57,292 bases of DNA from Verrucomicrobiota bacterium (GCA_023443985.1 JAEZSJ010000363.1:1-57292), one strand, 5' to 3'; shown: positions 17,636-27,587, counted from the first letter of the stretch. Notes: generated by a model from the sequence alone, not told the origin. Numbers and translations are program-made.

Positions 17636-18616
17636 ATGAAACGCCATACCATCGCCGCCCTCCTCTCCTTCGCCGCCTTCGCCGCCGCAGCCCAGGCCGA
17701 CGTCGGCACCGCGCTCCTCAAGCCGAGCACCGCGACTCGCCCCAAGGACGACACCGCCGGCAGCCAGATGGGCTCCTACGCCGGGATCAAGCGCGCCATC
17801 GGGGTCGTCGACTTCGAAGTGGACGACGGCTGCAGCTTCGACGACGGCGCCAAGTCCAACATGCGCGCCATGCTCGAGTCGGCGCTCTTCGCCACGAACC
17901 GGTTCGTGATCGTCGAACGCGGCAATCTCGACGCTGTCCTCAACGAACAGGACCTCCAGTCGAGCAAGCGCGCCGCGAAGGCCTCCGGCGTGGCGCAGAC
18001 CGGCAAGATCCGCAGCGCCCGTTACCTCGCCACCGCGCTGATCACCGAGGCGTCGAGCAACACCTCCGGCGACTCCGGCGGCGTGCGCATCCACGGCTTC
18101 TCCATCGGCGGATCGGCGACCAAGTCGAGCATCGTGCTCCTGGTGAAGCTGGTCGACAGCACGTCCGGCGAGCTCGTCGCCAGCGAGCGGATTCGCGGCG
18201 TCGCCGGCAAGTCCGGTCTCAATCTCGGATATGATGGGCACGGCTGGGGCGGCGAGCTCGGCACCTTCGCCAAGACCCCGATGGGCGAGGCTGCGCAGGA
18301 CTGCATCAACCAGGCCGTGAAATTCATCGCGGCGAAGATGGAGGCCTTCCCGGTGGAGGGGAACGTGGTCCTCGCCTCCGAGAACGCGATCATCATCAAC
18401 CTCGGCGAAAACTACGGCATCCGGGCCGGTCAGAGCTTCGTCATCCGCCGCAAGGGTGAGACGCTCGTCGCCCCCGAGACCGGCGAAGTCCTCGGCACCA
18501 GCGACGGCGAGACCCTTGGGGTGATCGAGGTCGTCAGCACCAAGGAGAAGATCTCGAGCTGCAAGCTGGTCGAAGGCGACATGCCGCAACGCGGCGACGC
18601 CGTCGTCTTGCGCTAA
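17636..18616 (+). CDS. CsgG/HfaB-family secreted protein
   Basis: ATG at 17636; signal peptide MKRHTIAALLSFAAFAAAAQA. IGVVDFEV...MRAMLESALFATNRFVIVERGNLDAVLNEQDL is CsgG-like. The family call is from memory only. Confidence 0.6.
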   Translation: MKRHTIAALLSFAAFAAAAQADVGTALLKPSTATRPKDDTAGSQMGSYAGIKRAIGVVDFEVDDGCSFDDGAKSNMRAMLESALFATNRFVIVERGNLDAVLNEQDLQSSKRAAKASGVAQTGKIRSARYLATALITEASSNTSGDSGGVRIHGFSIGGSATKSSIVLLVKLVDSTSGELVASERIRGVAGKSGLNLGYDGHGWGGELGTFAKTPMGEAAQDCINQAVKFIAAKMEAFPVEGNVVLASENAIIINLGENYGIRAGQSFVIRRKGETLVAPETGEVLGTSDGETLGVIEVVSTKEKISSCKLVEGDMPQRGDAVVLR

Positions 18617-18633
18617 CCCCGCCCGTTCTTTGC

Positions 18634-18668
18634 GCCCGCCTCCCCTGCGGAGGCGGGCTTTTTGTTGT
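18634..18668 (+). terminator. Rho-independent terminator
   Basis: Perfect 10-bp stem GCCCGCCTCC (18634-18643) / GGAGGCGGGC (18649-18658), followed by TTTTTGTTGT. Confidence 0.85.
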
Positions 18669-18746
18669 CGAGCGGGAGACGGGCTGGCGTGCCGCCGACA
18701 TTGACCGTGCCCCGGCCGCCGCCATTCTCCGTCCCACCACCCGCCC

Positions 18747-19778
18747 ATGCCGCTGATTCCCCGGCTCGCCGAAAAGCTCCAGCGCCATCCGAAACGCTTC
18801 GTGTTTCCGGAGGGGGCCGACCCGCGCGTGTTGCAGGCGGCCCGGCAGATCGTCACCCGCCGGATGGGCGCCCCCATCCTGCTCGGGGAACGCTCGGTCA
18901 TCAAGGATGCGGCCCTCCGGCTCGACATCTCGCTGCAGGGCATCCGCCTGATCGATCCCGCGCGCGCGGCCGACCTCGAGGAGTTTGCGACGCGCTACCT
19001 CGAATTGCGTCGCGGCCGCGGGTTGCAGCCGCCCGAAGCCCGCGCGGCGATGGTCGATCCCGCCTACTACGCCACCATGATGCTCGCCACGGCGCAGGCC
19101 GATGCACTCATCGGCGGCGCCACCGTCTCGGCCTCCAGCGCGTTGCGTCCGTTGTTTCAGATCATCCCCAAGCAGGAGGGGGTGAACACCGCCTCCTCCG
19201 TGATGGTGCTCGATTTCGACGAGAACAAGGTCGGTCTCGACGGCTCCCTCTTCCTCGGCGACTGCGGCGTCATCCCCGATCCCACCGCCGAGCAGCTGGC
19301 CGACATCGGCATCACCGCCGCACGGATCGCCCATCACCTCACGAACGACACCCCGCGCGTCGCCTTCCTCAGCTACTCGAGCCGCGGCACCTCGTCGCAT
19401 CCCTCGGTGTTGAAGATGCGCGCCGCCACCGAGCTCGCGCGGGCCAAGATCCCCGAGCAGAAGTTCGCCGTGGAGATCGACGGCGAGATGCAGGTCGATG
19501 CCGCGCTCGACCCGCGCACCGCCGCGGCGAAGGGCGTGCTGCCGGGTGTCGGCGGCCGGGCGAACGTGCTGATCTTCCCCGATCTGAACTCCGGCAACAT
19601 CGCCTTCAAACTCGTGCAGGTCCTCGCCGGGGCGAACACGTTCGGCCAGATCATCACCGGCCTCTCGCGCCCCGCCGCCGAGATCAGCCGCGGCTCCAGC
19701 GCCCACGATGTGCTCGGCGCCGCCGCCATCGTGGGCGTGCAGGCGATCAGCCACAATCTCCTCTACGGCGCCGACTGA
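18747..19778 (+). CDS. pta: Phosphate acetyltransferase, catalytic PTA_PTB domain only
   Basis: 343 aa. FVFPEGADPRVLQAA, GDCGVIPDPTAEQLADI, ANVLIFPDLNSGNIAFKLVQ and ISRGSS motifs. Confidence 0.9.
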   Translation: MPLIPRLAEKLQRHPKRFVFPEGADPRVLQAARQIVTRRMGAPILLGERSVIKDAALRLDISLQGIRLIDPARAADLEEFATRYLELRRGRGLQPPEARAAMVDPAYYATMMLATAQADALIGGATVSASSALRPLFQIIPKQEGVNTASSVMVLDFDENKVGLDGSLFLGDCGVIPDPTAEQLADIGITAARIAHHLTNDTPRVAFLSYSSRGTSSHPSVLKMRAATELARAKIPEQKFAVEIDGEMQVDAALDPRTAAAKGVLPGVGGRANVLIFPDLNSGNIAFKLVQVLAGANTFGQIITGLSRPAAEISRGSSAHDVLGAAAIVGVQAISHNLLYGAD

Positions 19779-19809
19779 ACGCCCGCGGCCCGCCCCCGCA
19801 CCCCCTTCC

Positions 19810-20976
19810 ATGCCGACTTCAGCCATGCCCGACGGTTATCAGGAGGCACCCGCCGGCCTTCTCGCCAAGCCGACCAACACCACCACGAAGCGCATCTTCG
19901 TCGCCGGCACCCGGATGAACGAGGGCAAGACCACCACCTGCCTCGGTCTCTTCGCCGCGCTCCAAACGCTCTACCCCCGCGTGGGCTTCATCAAACCGGT
20001 CGGCCAACGCTTCGTCGAAGTCGAAGGCCACCAGATCGACGAGGACTCCGTGCTGCTCGACACGATCTACCACGTGAAGGTCCCGATCGAGAGCATGAGC
20101 CCCGTCACCGTCGACGGGAAGTTCACCCGCCGCTACCTCACCGATCCCGCGGGCACGCTCCCTGTATTGATCGATCGGATCTGCCGCGCCTTCGACCGCG
20201 TCTCGTGGGAGAAGGATTTCACTCTCATCGAGGGCACCGGCCATGCCGGCGTCGGCTCCGTCTTCGACCTCTCCAACGCCTCCGTCGCCCGGCTGCTCGA
20301 CGCAAAGGTCATCCTCGTCTCCTCCGGCGGCATCGGTCGCCCCGTCGACGAGATCGCGATGAACAAGGCCCTCTTCGACCGCGAAGGCGTCGAGGTGATC
20401 GGGGCCATCGTCAACAAGGTCGAGCCGGACAAGCTCGGCTTCATCGCCGACTACGCCGGCCGCGGCCTCGCCCGCCACGGGGTACCCTTGCTCGGGGTGC
20501 TGCCCATCCAGAAGCCGCTCACCTCGCCCAACCTCGCGCAGATCGTCGAGGAGATCGGCGGCCGCTGGCTCAACGGGCGCGCCACCGGCGCGAACGAGCG
20601 TATCGATGAAGTCGTGATCGGGGCCATGACTGCCAAGGGCGTGATCGACACCCTCAAGCCGGGCGTCCTGCTCGTCACTCCGGGCGACCGCGACGACCTG
20701 CTGTTCGCGACCATCTCCACGGCCGGCTTGTCCGGCCGCAAGGTCGTGTCCGGCATCGTGCTCACGGGCAACACGCTCCCCCACCCGCGCCTGCTCGAGC
20801 TGCTCTCACAAACCCCGATCCCCGTCGTTGCCGTCGCCGACGAGTCCTACGCGGTGGCGTCGAAGATCAACAACATGACGATCAAGACGCAGCCGCAGGA
20901 CGCGGACAAGATCCCTATCATCAAGCGCATGGTCCTCGACCATGTGGACCTGAAGAAGCTGCTCGCGTCCTTCTAG
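19810..20976 (+). CDS. BioD-like P-loop + DRTGG domain protein (equivalent to the N-terminal half of long Pta)
   Basis: IFVAGTRMNEGKTTTCLGL (P-loop), IEGTGHAGVGSV, and LLVTPGDRDDLL (DRTGG-type). Start at 19810 or 19825. Confidence 0.75.
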   Translation: MPTSAMPDGYQEAPAGLLAKPTNTTTKRIFVAGTRMNEGKTTTCLGLFAALQTLYPRVGFIKPVGQRFVEVEGHQIDEDSVLLDTIYHVKVPIESMSPVTVDGKFTRRYLTDPAGTLPVLIDRICRAFDRVSWEKDFTLIEGTGHAGVGSVFDLSNASVARLLDAKVILVSSGGIGRPVDEIAMNKALFDREGVEVIGAIVNKVEPDKLGFIADYAGRGLARHGVPLLGVLPIQKPLTSPNLAQIVEEIGGRWLNGRATGANERIDEVVIGAMTAKGVIDTLKPGVLLVTPGDRDDLLFATISTAGLSGRKVVSGIVLTGNTLPHPRLLELLSQTPIPVVAVADESYAVASKINNMTIKTQPQDADKIPIIKRMVLDHVDLKKLLASF

Positions 20977-20992
20977 GGCGCGCCCCGCCACC

Positions 20993-21030
20993 GGGAAAAC
21001 AACACGGCCATCGCCCGGGAGCGATGGCCG
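20993..21030 (-). terminator. Terminator hairpin between convergent genes (T-rich tail on the minus strand)
   Basis: Perfect 10-bp stem CGGCCATCGC (21005-21014) / GCGATGGCCG (21021-21030). On the minus strand it is followed by TGTTGTTTTCCC. Lies 28 nt downstream of the 21058 stop. Confidence 0.6.
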
Positions 21031-21057
21031 CGTGTAGTGGGGAAACCGTTTCGCCGC

Positions 21058-21759
21058 TCAGTTGCCGGGCTTCACCAGGACCGTGTAGTTCACGAGCCGG
21101 CCCACCGGCGAGACGAAGAACACGTCGCGGTATTCGTGCGGCGGAATCTGCAGGCTGTAAAACCGCGGCATGGTCGCCTCGCCCCGCTCGCTGAGCAGGA
21201 AGGTGCAGGCCACACCCACGTTGGCCGTCGTCGACACGACGTTGCGCACGCGGACCCAGGTCCGCACGCGGCCGTCGGTGAGCGGGTGCGCCTCGATCGA
21301 GGTCAGCCTCACCATGGAGGTGTAGGCCTTGGCGAACTCGGCGTTGATCGGCACCAGCACGATGCCCGTCCAGTCGCGCTCCACCAGCTCCGCGGAGGCG
21401 CCGTCGGCCGTGAGTCCGCGCGTCGGCGGTTGGCTGCCGTAGTTGATCGGCTGATCCACCTCGGGGGCGGGCGCGCCTGTCTGGAGCGAAGCCATGGCCT
21501 GGGGGAATCCGGTGGACTCCGCCTGCTCATGCTGGACACCGCCAAGGTCGGGCTCGGTGAGCCGTTCGACCAGTTCGGCCGCCTCCGGCGGGACCGGCGG
21601 AGGCGGGGTGGCAGGCTCCGCCTCCGGAGGCGGGGTGGGCGGCGGCGCCACGGCGGGAGCCGGTTTCGAAGCGGGCTTGGCTTGTGGCTGGGGGGACGAG
21701 CAGCCGGCGAGCACCAATGCGCCCAGGGAGAGACCGAGGACAATTACGTTGGGTTTCAT
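21058..21759 (-). CDS. Lipoprotein with proline-rich linker, function unknown
   Basis: ATG at 21759 gives MKPNVIVLGLSLGALVLAGC (lipobox). This is followed by a P/A-rich tract and a ~130-aa C-terminal domain. Confidence 0.7.
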   Translation of the reverse strand: MKPNVIVLGLSLGALVLAGCSSPQPQAKPASKPAPAVAPPPTPPPEAEPATPPPPVPPEAAELVERLTEPDLGGVQHEQAESTGFPQAMASLQTGAPAPEVDQPINYGSQPPTRGLTADGASAELVERDWTGIVLVPINAEFAKAYTSMVRLTSIEAHPLTDGRVRTWVRVRNVVSTTANVGVACTFLLSERGEATMPRFYSLQIPPHEYRDVFFVSPVGRLVNYTVLVKPGN

Positions 21760-21948
21760 GCTGTGGGAGTGGGGAAGGTTACCGCGGATGATGATAAAAA
21801 GCGGCGCGGGCAAGAATATGCCGCCGATCGAAGCAGGGAAGGCTTGGTGCGGGAGCCGCCGATTTAAACAAAATCTTGTGGCGGGCATCGCACGGTCACG
21901 GATTCGTTCGTGCAATCGCGCCGCCTCCCGTGCCACAGTCGGCCCGCG

Positions 21949-22887
21949 ATGAAATCCCCTTGGGACACGCTGAAGATTGTCGCCGATCCCACCCGCCTGC
22001 GTCTGCTCGCGCTGCTCCTCCGTGAGGAGCTCTCCGTCGCCGAGATCCAGGAGATCCTCGACATGGCCCAGTCGCGTGTCTCGTCCCAGCTCTCGCTCCT
22101 GCGGCAGGCGGGCTTCGTGGTGGACCGGCGCGACGGCAAACGCGCCTACTACTCGCTCCGGCCCGGCCTCGGTGCCGGCCAGCTCACCCTGCTGCGCACC
22201 GCCGCCGAAGCGGTCGCCGACCAACCGGAATCCGCCGAGGATCGCGGCAATCTCGAACGCATTCTCGCCCGCCGCCGGCGCCAATCCGAGGAGTATTTCA
22301 ACCTCGTCGCCGGCCGCCTCGGGAAAAACTACTGCCCCGGCCGCTCGTGGGAAGCCATCGGCCACCTCGCCCTGCGGCTCGTGCCCGGGATCGTCGTCGC
22401 CGATCTCGGCGCCGGGGAGGGGCTGCTCTCGCAGTTGCTCGCCCGCCGCGCCGCCCAAGTCTGGTGCGTCGACAACTCGCCGCGCATGGTCGAGGTCGGC
22501 ACCGCGCTCGCGCACAAGAACGGACTTGAGAACCTCCGCTACCTTCTCGGCGACATCGAGGCGGTTCCGCTCGAAGAAGGCGGCGTCGATATCGCGATCC
22601 TCAGCCAGGCGCTCCATCATGCCGAGCATCCGCAGCGCGCGGTCGACGAGGCGTTCCGCATCCTCAAGCCCGGCGGCCAACTCATCGTGCTCGATCTGAA
22701 GGCCCACGACTTCGAGAAGGCCCGCGAGCTCTACGCCGACCGCTGGCTTGGCTTCAAGGAGAGCGCACTCCACGGGTTCCTCAAGCGATCCGGCTTCACC
22801 CAGGTGGAGGTCGCCACCGTCGCGCGCGAGAGCGAGGCGCCGCACTTCGAGACACTGCTCGCCGCCGGCTTCAAACCCCACGGTTGA
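21949..22887 (+). CDS. ArsR/SmtB-family HTH regulator fused to a class I SAM methyltransferase domain
   Basis: ATG at 21949. ADPTRLRLLALLLREELSVAEIQEILDMAQSRVSSQLSLLRQAGFV (ArsR wHTH), then VADLGAGEGLL and LKPGGQLIVLD (MT motifs). Confidence 0.85.
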   Translation: MKSPWDTLKIVADPTRLRLLALLLREELSVAEIQEILDMAQSRVSSQLSLLRQAGFVVDRRDGKRAYYSLRPGLGAGQLTLLRTAAEAVADQPESAEDRGNLERILARRRRQSEEYFNLVAGRLGKNYCPGRSWEAIGHLALRLVPGIVVADLGAGEGLLSQLLARRAAQVWCVDNSPRMVEVGTALAHKNGLENLRYLLGDIEAVPLEEGGVDIAILSQALHHAEHPQRAVDEAFRILKPGGQLIVLDLKAHDFEKARELYADRWLGFKESALHGFLKRSGFTQVEVATVARESEAPHFETLLAAGFKPHG

Positions 22888-22979
22888 GAGGGTCCGAGTC
22901 CGCCGGCCACCGGCCGGTCCACCCCGGGGCACGGGCGGCGGCACGCCGTGCCACGCGCCATCCGGCAACACCCCGACGC

Positions 22980-23005
22980 GCTGCTGACACCACGCTGTCA
23001 GCAGC
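22980..23005. promoter_or_regulatory. Perfect 10-bp inverted repeat GCTGCTGACA-N6-TGTCAGCAGC
   Basis: Read directly from the sequence. Lies 93 nt after the ArsR-MT stop and 40 nt before ATG 23046. No T-tract follows. Confidence 0.35.
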
Positions 23006-23045
23006 GGCTGTTAACGTGCGCGCCGCAAACCCAACCGAAGCCACC

Positions 23046-23717
23046 ATGAGCCACGCCGTCTCCATCTATGCCGACCCACTTCCTTCCCTCGCCCCGCCTG
23101 CCGGTGACGATTCCGAAACCGCCCTGCTGCCGCCCCACCCCCTGACCGAGGCGCTGTTCGGCACCTGGGCCGGTGGCCACTCTCCCGCCGCCCGCGCCCG
23201 CGCGGTGCTGGCCTCCGCCTTCCTCGCGGACGGACCCCGCCCCGAACTCGCCGCCGACCTGGCGCTCTTCGGCCAATTCGTGGGCTCGTGGGACCTGGTG
23301 GTGATCGATCACCCGGAGGGCGCACCCCCGCAGGAAACTTCCGGCGAATGGCACTTCGCCTGGGCGCTCGATGGGCGGGCCGTCGCCGATGTTTGGATAT
23401 CGCCGGCCCGCGAACACCGCACGCGCCGCGCCGACAGCGGCGACTACGGTCTCACGCTCCGGTTCCCCGATCCGGCGGTCGGCGCCTGGCGCTCCACCTG
23501 GCTTGGGCCGGTGCGTCGCACCGTCCGGCCGTTCCTCGCCCGCGCGGTCGGAGAGGAGATCGTGCTTTCCGGGTCGTTCGACCCGGGGGTCGAGACGCGC
23601 TGGATCTTCTCGCAGATCACGCGGCGCAGCTTCCACTGGCGCGCCGTGCAATCCGGCGACGGCTGGCTGACGCAGCGCCTCCGGCAGGAGATGCGCGCGC
23701 TCCGGCGCGTCGACTAG
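23046..23717 (+). CDS. Hypothetical protein
   Basis: The ATG at 23046 removes an Arg-rich leader. 223 aa with coding-like composition (WHFAWALDGRAVADVW...YGLTLRF). No family assigned. Confidence 0.55.
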   Translation: MSHAVSIYADPLPSLAPPAGDDSETALLPPHPLTEALFGTWAGGHSPAARARAVLASAFLADGPRPELAADLALFGQFVGSWDLVVIDHPEGAPPQETSGEWHFAWALDGRAVADVWISPAREHRTRRADSGDYGLTLRFPDPAVGAWRSTWLGPVRRTVRPFLARAVGEEIVLSGSFDPGVETRWIFSQITRRSFHWRAVQSGDGWLTQRLRQEMRALRRVD

Positions 23718-23785
23718 CACGCGGTCCGCGCGATCCGCCGCTTCGCCGTTTGACCACGCCGCGCCGGCCCCGCATTGCTCGCCGA

Positions 23786-24769
23786 ATGCCGTGGGATGTC
23801 CATCTCCGCCAAGGCCTCCACCTGCCCCAGATCGACTGGTGGCTCGACGCACCGCGCCCGGCGGCCCGCTCGTTCATCTCGCACGCGCATTTCGACCACA
23901 TGGCCCGCCATCGCCTCACGCTCTGCACGGAGGCGACCGCGCGCTTCATGCAGGCCCGGCAGCCTGCGCGCCGCGAACTGCTCACCCGCCCGTTCGGCCA
24001 TCCTCACGAGATCGCCCCGGGCTGCGTCGCCACCCTGCTTCCGGCCGGCCACATCGCCGGCTCCGCGCAGCTGCTGGCCGAGTCCGAGCACGGCCGCCTG
24101 CTCTACTCCGGCGATTTCAAGCTGCGGCCCGGCAAGGTCGCCGAACCCTGCGCCACGCCCCGCGCCGATGTCCTGATCATGGAGACGACGTTCGGCCTGC
24201 CGAAATACCGGCTTCCCCCGGTCGAGGAGGTCGTCGCCGCCATCGTGCGCTTCTGCCGGGAGACGCTCGCCGCCCGCGCCATCCCCGTGCTCTTCGGCTA
24301 CAGCCTCGGCAAGGCGCAGGAGATCCTCGCCAGCCTGGCGGGCGCGGAGCTGCCGCTCATGCTGCATCCGGAGATCGACCGTCTCACCCGCGTGTGCTCG
24401 ACGCTCGGTTACGAGTTCCCCGCCTACCGCGAGTTCGATGCGCTCGCCGCGCCCGGGCATGTGGTCATCGCCCCGCCGCAGGCCTCGAAGGCCTGGCTCG
24501 GCCGGCTGGCGCCGCGGCGCACCGCGATGATCACCGGCTGGGCGCTCGACTCCTCGTGCAAGTATCAGACTGGATGCGACGCCGCATTCCCGCTGTCCGA
24601 CCACGCGGACTTTCCGGAGCTGCTCGAATTTGTCGAGCGCGTGCAGCCACGCCGCGTCGTCACGGTGCACGGGTTCGCCGCCGAGTTTGCGCAGACGCTT
24701 CGCGCCCGCGGGGTCGACGCCCTGGCGATCGGGAAGGAGAACCAGCTCGAACTCGGCTTCGGTCCCTGA
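23786..24769 (+). CDS. MBL-fold / beta-CASP-like metallo-hydrolase (resembles the ligase-associated exonuclease family)
   Basis: ATG at 23786. SFISHAHFDHMARH (HxHxDH-like), GHIAGSA, LMETTFG and LSDHADFPELLEFV motifs. Confidence 0.7.
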   Translation: MPWDVHLRQGLHLPQIDWWLDAPRPAARSFISHAHFDHMARHRLTLCTEATARFMQARQPARRELLTRPFGHPHEIAPGCVATLLPAGHIAGSAQLLAESEHGRLLYSGDFKLRPGKVAEPCATPRADVLIMETTFGLPKYRLPPVEEVVAAIVRFCRETLAARAIPVLFGYSLGKAQEILASLAGAELPLMLHPEIDRLTRVCSTLGYEFPAYREFDALAAPGHVVIAPPQASKAWLGRLAPRRTAMITGWALDSSCKYQTGCDAAFPLSDHADFPELLEFVERVQPRRVVTVHGFAAEFAQTLRARGVDALAIGKENQLELGFGP

Positions 24770-24803
24770 CGCGCCGCCGGCGCGGATGCCGCGGCACCTA
24801 GGG

Positions 24804-25598
24804 TCAGCCCAGCCGCTCGGTCACCAGTTCGCAGGAGACCGCCCGCCGCGCCGCCGGGTCGTAGCGCACCAGCGCGCCCGAGAGCCGCACGTCGCCGCTC
24901 GCGACCTCGAACCGCCGCGGCATGCCGTCCACGAACCGGCCGATCACCGCCTGGATGTCGCGCCCGAGGACCGACTCGTAGGGGCCGGTCATGCCCGCGT
25001 CGGTCAGGTACGCCGTGCCCTTCGGCAACACGGTGGCGTCGGCCGTCGGCACATGCGTGTGGGTGCCCACCACGGCGAGCGCCCGTCCGTCCAGATACCA
25101 GCCCAGCGCGATCTTCTCCGAGGTCGCCTCCATGTGCGCCTCGACGAACACCGCATCGCAATCCTGTTCCCCCGCCCGGAGCAGCCGGTCGGCCGCGGCG
25201 AAGGGACAGTCGCCCTTGAGCCCGATGAAGTTGCGCCCCAGGACCGTGAATACCCCGAGCCGGAAGCCGTTCTTCTCCACGATCACCCGCTCGCGCCCGG
25301 GACAGGCGGGCGGCAGGTTCGCCGGCCGGCAGACCCGGTCGAACTGCCCGATCTCCGCCTCGAAGCCCTTCTGGTCCCACACGTGATCGCCCAGGGTGAT
25401 CACGTCGACGCCGCAGCCGAGCAGATCGCGCGCAATCGTGCCCGTGATGCCGGCGCCGGCCGCCGAGTTCTCGGCGTTGGCGATCACGAAATCCAGGGCG
25501 AGGCGTTCGCGCAGCTGCGCGAGCCGGTCCGTCACGACGGCGCGGCCGGGCCGCCCCACGATGTCGCCGATGAAAAGCAGGGAGATCACGCGCGGCAT
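24804..25598 (-). CDS. YmdB-family metallophosphoesterase
   Basis: ATG at 25598. [43 protein letters not shown] and TDAGMTGP motifs. Confidence 0.9.
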   Translation of the reverse strand: MPRVISLLFIGDIVGRPGRAVVTDRLAQLRERLALDFVIANAENSAAGAGITGTIARDLLGCGVDVITLGDHVWDQKGFEAEIGQFDRVCRPANLPPACPGRERVIVEKNGFRLGVFTVLGRNFIGLKGDCPFAAADRLLRAGEQDCDAVFVEAHMEATSEKIALGWYLDGRALAVVGTHTHVPTADATVLPKGTAYLTDAGMTGPYESVLGRDIQAVIGRFVDGMPRRFEVASGDVRLSGALVRYDPAARRAVSCELVTERLG

Positions 25599-25797
25599 TC
25601 CGCACCGCGAGCCGCGCAAGTGCAAGCCGCGGCCGCAGCCCGCCCGCCCATCGGTCCGGATGCTGACGACGCCACGACAGCTCTGCCAGCCGGGTGCACG
25701 CCCCTCCGCCGCCTCCATCGCCAAGGGACCGAATCCGCCCTTGCGGCAACGGTAGTGACCGCCAAGGTTGGCCGCCTTTCATCAAGAAGCCGCTGCC

Positions 25798-27564
25798 ATG
25801 ACCGCCCAACCCGCCTCCGCCCGTCCCCACGCCACCACCAGCCGCGAGATGAAAGGCGCCGATTGCGTCGCGGAGTGCCTGATCCGCGAGGGGGTCGAGG
25901 TGGTGTTCGCCTATCCGGGCGGCGCCTCGCTCGAGCTCCACCAGGCATTCACCAAGACGGACAAGTTCCGGGTGATCCTCCCGCGCCACGAGCAGGGGGG
26001 CGGCTTCGCGGCCAACGCCTATGCGCGGGTCACCGGCAAGGCCGGCGTCTGCATGGCGACCAGCGGCCCCGGCGCCACGAACCTCGTCAGCGCCATCGCC
26101 GACGCGTACATGGACAGCGTGCCGCTCATCGCGATCACCGGCCAGGTGTTCTCGAAATACATCGGCAAGAGCGCGTTCCAAGAGACCGATTTCTACGGCA
26201 TGACCCTGCCGATCGTGAAGCACAGCTTCCTCGTGATGAACGTGCACGACCTTCCGCGGATTTTCCGCGAGGCGTTCCACATCGCGACGACCGGCCGCCC
26301 CGGCCCGGTGGTGATCGACATTCCGAAGGACATCCAGCAGGCGAAGTTCACGCCCGTCTGGCCGGTCGCGATGCAGCTGCCCGCGTACAAGCCCGAGAAG
26401 CACGCCACCGACGAGCAACTCTCCGCGCTCCTGCCCCTGCTCTCCGCGGCGAAGAAGCCGTTGCTCTACGTGGGCGGCGGGGCGATCTCGGCCGAGGCGG
26501 GCGCCGAGCTCCGCCGCTTCGCCGAGCGCAACCAGATCCCCGTCACCACCACCCTCATGGGGGTGGGTGCCTTCCCGGAGACACATCCCCTCTCGCTCAA
26601 ATGGTTCGGCATGCATGGCACCGTCGCCGGCAACTTGGCGGCGGACCACTGCGACCTGCTGCTCTGCCTCGGCGCCCGGTTCGATGACCGCGTGACCGGC
26701 GACACCAAGGCCTTCGCCCGCCATGCGACGATCGTCCACCTCGACGTCGACGCCTCCGAACACAACAAGAACAAGCGCGTGCACCACCCGATCGTGGGCG
26801 ACGTGAAGCATGCCCTCTCCCGCCTCAACGCGCTGCAGGAATCGCATCACTCGCCCGTGCCCGACACGGCCGAATGGCGGGCGCAGTGCGACGCGTGGAA
26901 GAAGGAGTTCCCCTTCACCTACGAGGAGAGCCCGCACATCCTCCCGCAGGAGGCGGTGCGTGCGCTCTACGAGCTGACCCGCGGCGAGGCCGTCGTCGTC
27001 ACCGGCGTCGGCCAGCACCAGATGTGGGCCGCGCAGTATTACGATTTCGCCGAGCCGCGCCGCTACATCAGCTCGCTCGGCCTCGGCGCGATGGGCTTCG
27101 GCTATCCGGCCGCCCTCGGCGCGAAGATGGCCCGGCCCGACAAGCAGGTCGTCGACATCGACGGCGACGGCTCGTTCACCATGAACATCCAGGAACTGGC
27201 TACCGCCGCGATCGAGAAGATCGCCGCGAAGGCGATGATCCTGAACAACCAGCACCTCGGCATGGTCGTGCAGTGGGAGGACCGCTTCTACAACAGCGTC
27301 CGCGGCAACACCATCCTGGGCGACAAGACCAACATCGGCGGACCCGAGAACCTCGACGGGCTCTACCCGGACTTCGTGAAGATCGCCGAGGGTTTCGGCG
27401 TGAAGGGCCGCCGCGTCGTGGAGAAATCCGAGCTGCGCGCCGCCATCCAGGAGATGCTCGACCATGACGGCCCCTTTGTCCTGGACGTGATTGTGCCGTA
27501 CACGGAACACGTCCTGCCGATGATTCCGGCGGGAAAGACCGTGAAGGACATGATCATCAAGTGA
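25798..27564 (+). CDS. ilvB: Acetolactate synthase large (catalytic) subunit
   Basis: [37 protein letters not shown], and the ThDP motif IDGDGSF...NN. ATG at 25798; an alternative TTG start lies at 25768. Confidence 0.92.
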   Translation: MTAQPASARPHATTSREMKGADCVAECLIREGVEVVFAYPGGASLELHQAFTKTDKFRVILPRHEQGGGFAANAYARVTGKAGVCMATSGPGATNLVSAIADAYMDSVPLIAITGQVFSKYIGKSAFQETDFYGMTLPIVKHSFLVMNVHDLPRIFREAFHIATTGRPGPVVIDIPKDIQQAKFTPVWPVAMQLPAYKPEKHATDEQLSALLPLLSAAKKPLLYVGGGAISAEAGAELRRFAERNQIPVTTTLMGVGAFPETHPLSLKWFGMHGTVAGNLAADHCDLLLCLGARFDDRVTGDTKAFARHATIVHLDVDASEHNKNKRVHHPIVGDVKHALSRLNALQESHHSPVPDTAEWRAQCDAWKKEFPFTYEESPHILPQEAVRALYELTRGEAVVVTGVGQHQMWAAQYYDFAEPRRYISSLGLGAMGFGYPAALGAKMARPDKQVVDIDGDGSFTMNIQELATAAIEKIAAKAMILNNQHLGMVVQWEDRFYNSVRGNTILGDKTNIGGPENLDGLYPDFVKIAEGFGVKGRRVVEKSELRAAIQEMLDHDGPFVLDVIVPYTEHVLPMIPAGKTVKDMIIK

Positions 27565-27587
27565 TGCCCGGACCCCGGAGTCGGAAC

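Noticed and set aside
21760-22971. Upstream part of track ORF 21058..22971
   Set aside because: It is antisense to the ArsR-MT gene. The lipoprotein signal peptide begins at ATG 21759.
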